Source: an uncultured Fibrobacteria bacterium (GTDB taxonomy: Bacteria > Fibrobacterota > Fibrobacteria > UBA11236). From it: a stretch of DNA of 64,000 nt. The notes under the pieces are model-generated. The model searched no databases. It saw only the letters and a list, made by a program, of their open reading frames with translations, and was not told the DNA's origin. Of this stretch, positions 58,493 through 64,000 are shown piece by piece (the first letter of the stretch is position 1; every line of letters starts with the position of its first letter). The DNA lies in assembly GCA_963716395.1 (NCBI GenBank), contig OY970309.1, positions 2,048,001-2,112,000 of the forward strand, in the 5' to 3' direction. The translations under genes and the position numbers were made by a program.

Positions 58493-61400
58493 TTGGATTT
58501 ATCGACATTGACGCGGAGGCCGTGGGGCTTTTCGAGGACGTTACGGGGTTGGAAAATTGTGCCTTTGGCGTTCGGACTTCTGGCGCCGGCGGCCTTTGCC
58601 CTGGGTGACTCGCTCGATTTCGAAGCCGGCGTTTATCAAGTCGGACAAGGAGTGGCCGGCGTCGACAATTGGGTGCTGTATCCCAACGGCATGCAACTCG
58701 GGATTAATACCCCTTTCATCATTCAGAGCGATACGGGGAACAAATATCTAAGCTGCCATCCCGATCTCCTGCAAAGTTACGGCGTATCACGTCCGTTCCT
58801 TCCCACGGGCGGGGTGGATTACGTCGACGTGCAATGGAAGTGGCGGGCCGAAAGCGACACCGCCAGTCTTTGCGCCGGCATAGCCAGCCAACCCAATTCC
58901 GGAACGGCCACGCCCAAAGCCACCGTATGCCTCGAGCCCCACGGTTCCGTGACCGCTGCGCGCGGTACTGGGTCTGCTCTGGATTCGGCGACGAAAAAAT
59001 GGGTGCACGGCATTTGGTACTACACCAAAATCCGCCTGGATATCAGCAAAGGTATTTACAGCGTATATTCCGGGTCGAATCCGCAAACCCTGGCCGACAG
59101 CGCCAACCTGCTCTTTGCTTCGGAGCCCATGCAGGGTGCCGCCGGGCAGCAGGTGCAAAACTTCTTTTTATCCGCCGCGCGCGGCGCCAATACCGACGGA
59201 AACGTCGACATCGACGATATCGTCTGGATCGGCGTACGCGACAATATTTGGGTCGGCACCGGAACCGGCACGAATCTCTACAGCTGGTATAATTCCGGCA
59301 ACTGGAGTCTGGGCACGGTTCCCGACTCCAACGATATCGCGGTGTTCGGTTCGGCGGCGAGCCCTTTTCCAAGTCCGAATTCGAACCGCAAATGCAATCT
59401 CAATTATCCCGGAGGCACGACGCCGCGGGCCCGGGTGTTCGGCCTGCTGGTGGCTACGAGCTACACCGATACGATCAACCTGGAAAGCGACACCTTGACG
59501 GTGCTGCTGGCCGCCGGGATCAACGGCGGGCATTTCCAGGCGAACGGCGGCTTCCTTCGTTTCGCCTATCCCAGTCTCTTGCAAGTCTTTGCCGATTCGA
59601 CCGCGGTCTTGGCGCCGCCGGTGCTGCAGGAGGGACCGGGGCTGCTCACTTTGGCCGGTTCGGGATCCCCCATCGACTTCATGGGTTATCGCCAGACCGG
59701 CGGCGGTCTCAATTTCAATGGCACCAATATGACGGTGATGCAGGGAAACCTCGTGGTCTCGGGCGGAGCCAACCCGGATAACCCCGGGGTGTCGGGATGG
59801 TTCGGTCTGGACAACCGCACGGTGGCGATTCCCGAAGGTACGCTGCAATTTCTCGGCGCCGACACCAATGACCGGCTGTCGCTGACCGCGGCTCATACCT
59901 GGAATCTCCAGGCGGGCGGATCGGTTTATGCCCGCAACGTCGTGCTGCGCAACAGCCACGTGCAGTCGACGACCACGACGGCCATCGAGGGAAATGCCGT
60001 GGCCAGCGTGGACAGCGGCGGCAACCAGGGCTGGATCTTTTGGACGCCGCCGACCATCGTCAAGCAGCCCCAGCCCGAATCTTTGCTCGTAGGCGCGCAA
60101 GCGCAATTCACGCTGACGGTCACCCAGCCCGATTCGGTGCAATACCAATGGCAGCGCGACAGCGGTTCAAAATATGTCGAGCTGGCGGGGGCCAATGCAG
60201 CCACATTGCAAATCGCCAAGGTGGCTTTCAAAGACGACACCCTCTATCGCTGCCGTGTTTCGAACCTGGCCGACACCGTGTTCAGCAAACCGGCACGTTT
60301 GGCCGTGCGCTTTCCTGCACCGACAGCCAACCCGCCTGCGGGAAAATTCCAGGATTCCCTCGCCGTCACCTTGCAGGATTCGGCGGTTGCGGCCGCGTTC
60401 TATTACTCGCTCAATCAGGGGGCGTTGCAATTATTGCCAGCCGGCGATTCGGTGAGAATCAAGGACACCGCCACCCTGTCGGCCTTTGCAGTGACGGGCA
60501 ACGACACCAGTGCCCGCGCGAGCTTTATCTATACCAAGGTGGCCAGCGGCGGTAACGCCGCGGTTCCCGTCGCCGTTCCCACCTCCGGAACCTTTCCCGA
60601 CACTTTTTCGGTGAGCCTGAATTCGGCCACCTCCGGAGCCTCGATTCGCTATACTACGGATGGATCGGCGGTGACCCCCAGTTCGCCCCTGTATCAGAAT
60701 CCCATCCCCATTCGCTCCAACATCACGCTCAGGGCCGTGGCGTATGACCCGCCCAATCTGAACCCGAGCGATACGCTGACCCAGAGTTATGTCTTGGCGG
60801 CGACCTCCGATTCTCTGATTCCACCGCAGATGAGCGCGGCACCGGGTTTCGTCTTTTCCGATTCGGTCACGGTGACCTTGAGCGCGTTGGAACCTTCGTC
60901 CACCATCTACTACCGGGTTGCCGGCGGACCGCTGGTCAAATACCAAAGCGCACTCGTGTTCAAGGCGAACACGACGGTGACGGCGGCGGTGGTATCGGGG
61001 GGAAAGTCCAGCCGGGATACCGCGTGGACTTTCACCCGCGTCGGGTTGGCGTCCCCGCTGTTTACCCCGCTCGGCAGGGCGTTTTCCGACAGTATGCAGG
61101 TGACCCTGTCCTTGGCCAGCGGCATGACCGGAACCATCCATTACACCTTGACGGGCCAAGATCCCGACAGCGCCTCTCCGCTGTATAAAAATCCGTTGGT
61201 GTTCGACACCAGCACCGAAATTCGGGCCATCGCCGTGCAAGGCAGCCTCACCAGCGCCGTGCACGCCGAAACCTATACCCTGGCTCCCGATACGCCCCAG
61301 GTCAGCCCCCCGGCCGGTTCCTATCCCGACTCGGTCACGGTTTCGCTGATCAGCATTCCGCAGGCGCACGTGTATTACACCACCGACAGTTCCAGCCCCA

Positions 61401-63409
61401 ATCCCGGCACCAACGGAATTTTGTACACCAAGCCCATCACGCTGCGGAGCAACACAGTGATTGAGGCGGTCGCCGTGGCCGGGCAGGGTGTGTTTCAACA
61501 AAAAAGCGGAGTCCGCGTCGCGGCCTACGTCATTGCCAGCAGCGACACGGTGGTGGTCGCCGCCAAAGATACCGTGCCGCTGCCCGGCGGCTTTCAATTG
61601 AGAAATCTCGGCAGCGCCGCCGATACCGTGCTGTTTTTATCCTCCGACAGTTTACCGGCAGGCTTTGCGGACTTGCGTTTTCTGGTGCGCGTGATCGGAA
61701 GCGGCGGGACGCCGGCGGTGCAGTTCCTGGATGCGGCCAAGGACAGCCTGGGATTGTATTCGGCGCGCGGGGATACGGTGTTATACCTGGGTAAGGCCGC
61801 GGGAGCGACGGTCACGGCGGCCGGAGAATATTTCGCGGGGATCGACACTCTGCCTCCGGAAATTACCCTGCTGCAGGAAACCATCTTGGCGAATGATTCG
61901 ACGCAGGTGCAACTGTCCATCAAGGACAATGTCGCCAATCTGGTCTTGACGGTGACCCGATCGGATCGCAGCACCACCTCCGTCGACAGCGTTTTGGCGC
62001 CCTTGGAATATTCGACGGTGCTTAAAAATCCCGCCGGATCGTTTCAGCCTTTGACGTTGCGGATTCAGGTCGGCGATGGCCGCAATGTGTCGGCTTTTCC
62101 GGCGCCGCCGGCTAAAAGTTACGCCTTGTCGCAAGCCCTGTCGGGGGGTGCGGGCCCCAAGGTCTGGTCGGTGGGTCAGTCGACCAGCCGGCCCTGGGAC
62201 TTCGTCGGCTTGCCCTTTGCCCCGGCTTCGCCTTTGACCTTGCAAAGCCTGCGCGACCTGAACGATCTGCCGCATTTATCCGCCATGGTCTACGATACCG
62301 GCGCCAACTCCGGCTACCGCGCTTTGGCTGCCGGCGAGGCCTGGCCGGCCGGCCAGGCCTTGTGGTTGGCCAACGACAAACCCGTGCCGGCCTTGACCCT
62401 GCCGGCGCTGAAAACCTCGGCCTTGGGTCTGCAATCGATGTCGGTGGATCTCAAACCCGGCTGGAATCCGATTTGCAGCCAGCGCTTCGACACTTTGTTC
62501 TGGCCCGTCAAGCGCGGGGCGAATTACACGTTGTCGAGCGTCAAAGGCCTGTGGTCTTATTTCAACGCCACCGATTCCGACGGCTACCAGGCCGCCGACA
62601 CTTTGTTGCCCTGGCGCGGGTATTGGGTGTATAACGCCGGCGATCACGATACCACGGTGTCCTTGTCGGCGGCGGCGCTTTCCAAAACCGCGGTCGTGAG
62701 CGACCCCCTGGAGGTGGCCTTGCTTCCGAGCCGGGGTATTCCCTTGTATTTGGGGGCCGATGCCGCTTTCACCGACGGCGTCGGTCGTGAAGACGAGCCC
62801 ATGCCGCCGCAGCCTTTCGGCCAATCCTGGGCCGCGCTGCTCCGCAATGGAATTCCGCTGATGACCGACCAGGTGCATTACCAGCCCGGATCGCCTTTGC
62901 AATGGAAATTGGTTTCGTCCGGCGGAGGAGCGAACGGCGGCGGGACCCAGTGGCGTCTGGATTCCACGCAATGGATTCTTCCCGACGGCTACGAGGTTTG
63001 GGCCGTGTCCCAGCGTCGCGGTCTGCGCTTCCGGATGCAGCCCGGCACCGCTGACGCTTGGGCCGGACCGTCGGGCTTTACCGACACCTTGGCGCTTTAT
63101 GCGGCGCCTGAGACTTGGATCGCCGCCAACTTGGGGCAGATTCCGACCCAGGTCGGTGCGCTGCAACACCGCTTGCGAGCCATCGGCCAAGGCGTGGAGC
63201 TCGATTTGGTGTGGCCCGGCGACGGTCCCTTGCGCACCGAAGTGTTTGACACGCGCGGGCGCAAGTTGGCCGCCACCGCGCAAACCCTGCCCGCAGGCTA
63301 TTATCACCTCTTTCTCGCTTTGCCGCGGGTCTCGGGATTGCTGCTGCTGCGCTTCACGGGCGAAAATGGCGGCCGGCCGGTGGGGTGGACGGATCGCCTT
63401 CTCCCCTAA
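58493..63409 (+). CDS. Large secreted/surface protein (1638 aa) with Ig-like and five chitobiase-C/FN3-associated repeats plus a C-terminal sorting domain
   Basis: Signal peptide; W.NSGNWS.G.VP; IVKQP..YQWQRD..YRCRVSN; repeated IRYTTDGS..P..S.LY..PI; terminal EVFDTRGR. Confidence 0.8.
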   Translation: MDLSTLTRRPWGFSRTLRGWKIVPLAFGLLAPAAFALGDSLDFEAGVYQVGQGVAGVDNWVLYPNGMQLGINTPFIIQSDTGNKYLSCHPDLLQSYGVSRPFLPTGGVDYVDVQWKWRAESDTASLCAGIASQPNSGTATPKATVCLEPHGSVTAARGTGSALDSATKKWVHGIWYYTKIRLDISKGIYSVYSGSNPQTLADSANLLFASEPMQGAAGQQVQNFFLSAARGANTDGNVDIDDIVWIGVRDNIWVGTGTGTNLYSWYNSGNWSLGTVPDSNDIAVFGSAASPFPSPNSNRKCNLNYPGGTTPRARVFGLLVATSYTDTINLESDTLTVLLAAGINGGHFQANGGFLRFAYPSLLQVFADSTAVLAPPVLQEGPGLLTLAGSGSPIDFMGYRQTGGGLNFNGTNMTVMQGNLVVSGGANPDNPGVSGWFGLDNRTVAIPEGTLQFLGADTNDRLSLTAAHTWNLQAGGSVYARNVVLRNSHVQSTTTTAIEGNAVASVDSGGNQGWIFWTPPTIVKQPQPESLLVGAQAQFTLTVTQPDSVQYQWQRDSGSKYVELAGANAATLQIAKVAFKDDTLYRCRVSNLADTVFSKPARLAVRFPAPTANPPAGKFQDSLAVTLQDSAVAAAFYYSLNQGALQLLPAGDSVRIKDTATLSAFAVTGNDTSARASFIYTKVASGGNAAVPVAVPTSGTFPDTFSVSLNSATSGASIRYTTDGSAVTPSSPLYQNPIPIRSNITLRAVAYDPPNLNPSDTLTQSYVLAATSDSLIPPQMSAAPGFVFSDSVTVTLSALEPSSTIYYRVAGGPLVKYQSALVFKANTTVTAAVVSGGKSSRDTAWTFTRVGLASPLFTPLGRAFSDSMQVTLSLASGMTGTIHYTLTGQDPDSASPLYKNPLVFDTSTEIRAIAVQGSLTSAVHAETYTLAPDTPQVSPPAGSYPDSVTVSLISIPQAHVYYTTDSSSPNPGTNGILYTKPITLRSNTVIEAVAVAGQGVFQQKSGVRVAAYVIASSDTVVVAAKDTVPLPGGFQLRNLGSAADTVLFLSSDSLPAGFADLRFLVRVIGSGGTPAVQFLDAAKDSLGLYSARGDTVLYLGKAAGATVTAAGEYFAGIDTLPPEITLLQETILANDSTQVQLSIKDNVANLVLTVTRSDRSTTSVDSVLAPLEYSTVLKNPAGSFQPLTLRIQVGDGRNVSAFPAPPAKSYALSQALSGGAGPKVWSVGQSTSRPWDFVGLPFAPASPLTLQSLRDLNDLPHLSAMVYDTGANSGYRALAAGEAWPAGQALWLANDKPVPALTLPALKTSALGLQSMSVDLKPGWNPICSQRFDTLFWPVKRGANYTLSSVKGLWSYFNATDSDGYQAADTLLPWRGYWVYNAGDHDTTVSLSAAALSKTAVVSDPLEVALLPSRGIPLYLGADAAFTDGVGREDEPMPPQPFGQSWAALLRNGIPLMTDQVHYQPGSPLQWKLVSSGGGANGGGTQWRLDSTQWILPDGYEVWAVSQRRGLRFRMQPGTADAWAGPSGFTDTLALYAAPETWIAANLGQIPTQVGALQHRLRAIGQGVELDLVWPGDGPLRTEVFDTRGRKLAATAQTLPAGYYHLFLALPRVSGLLLLRFTGENGGRPVGWTDRLLP

Positions 63410-63506
63410 GTCGGGAGTGCATCTGAGGCGCTGCCCGGTGGAAGTGAATAGAGAGCCTTGCCGGTTGCCAACCCGCTCGACGTTCCCCGATAAAAAATCA
63501 TCCCGG

Positions 63507-63542
63507 AAAAACAAAACCCCGGTGCCGGCAGGCACCAGGGTT
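63507..63542 (-). terminator. Intrinsic terminator for the minus-strand MFS gene
   Basis: AACCC(C)GGTGCC-GGCA-GGCACC(A)GGGTT hairpin with a T-rich run on the minus strand. Confidence 0.65.
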
Positions 63543-63589
63543 CGTGGTTTCGAACTCAGGCTGTGATTCAGCCCGAAGGGGGAAGTTGA

Positions 63590-64000
63590 CTAGGCGTTGG
63601 CGAGTCCCGCCGCATTTTTATCGCGGGCTTTCTTTTTCCGTACCCAAATGTTCAAGACGATAAACAGCACCACCAGCGTGATGGGAAACAAATCCATGGT
63701 GCCCAAGGTCTTCTGACCGGCCCACAAATCGAGTTCGTTTCCGGTCAATCCCTTGGCCGTACCCGCGGCCGTATTGGTATCGATCCAACTCCCGATAAAA
63801 GGTTGCCAGATGGAGGTGGAAAACATGCCCACCGCTCCGATCACCGACATGCCCAAGGCTCCGCTTTTGGGAATCTTGTCGGCGATGAATCCGATCATGT
63901 TCGGCCAGAAGTAGGCGACCCCCAAAGCGTATACGATCGCGGCCACATAGGCCATGCCGCCGACCTGGGTGCTGAAGAGGTGAATGCCGATGGTGGCCAA
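63590..64000 (-). CDS. MFS transporter, C-terminal part (runs off the window end)
   Basis: YALGVAYFWPNMIGFIADKIPKSGALGMSVIGAVGM..QPFIG with TM helices. Confidence 0.85.
   Translation of the reverse strand: MATIGIHLFSTQVGGMAYVAAIVYALGVAYFWPNMIGFIADKIPKSGALGMSVIGAVGMFSTSIWQPFIGSWIDTNTAAGTAKGLTGNELDLWAGQKTLGTMDLFPITLVVLFIVLNIWVRKKKARDKNAAGLANA

Overview
High-GC bacterial chromosome, most consistent with a Fibrobacterota-like lineage (inferred from the many secreted CAZymes with short C-terminal sorting-type domains and the LRR lipoproteins). Two housekeeping blocks flank a ~36 kb accessory region. The left block is pyrG-kdsB-gatC-pcrA (1-3.9 kb). The right block (40-64 kb) holds guaB, a nfeD/floA operon, dUTPase, priA, FapA/HD-GYP, a GT2/YfhO pair, cfa, a 1638-aa surface protein and an MFS transporter. 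The accessory region (3.9-40.2 kb) lies between the divergent pcrA and guaB genes, and no integrase is visible in it. It is punctuated by about 8-10 same-orientation copies of a G-rich element whose 3' end resembles the oriIS of IS91/ISCR rolling-circle elements. It also holds two decayed IS91-family transposase fragments, five nested REP-like modules and a divergent second copy of the pcrA 5' end. Cargo includes xylan-degrading enzymes, AbiE and VapBC toxin-antitoxin pairs and type I restriction-modification remnants. The most striking cargo is a large secreted beta-solenoid plus clan GH-A protein followed by four ~675-bp cassettes. Each cassette is a copy of that gene's last ~25 codons plus a variant LRR lipoprotein, which resembles a polymorphic effector with an orphan immunity array. 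Several genes, including floA, carry single-base indels that are probably sequencing errors, so pseudogene calls based on frameshifts alone are uncertain.
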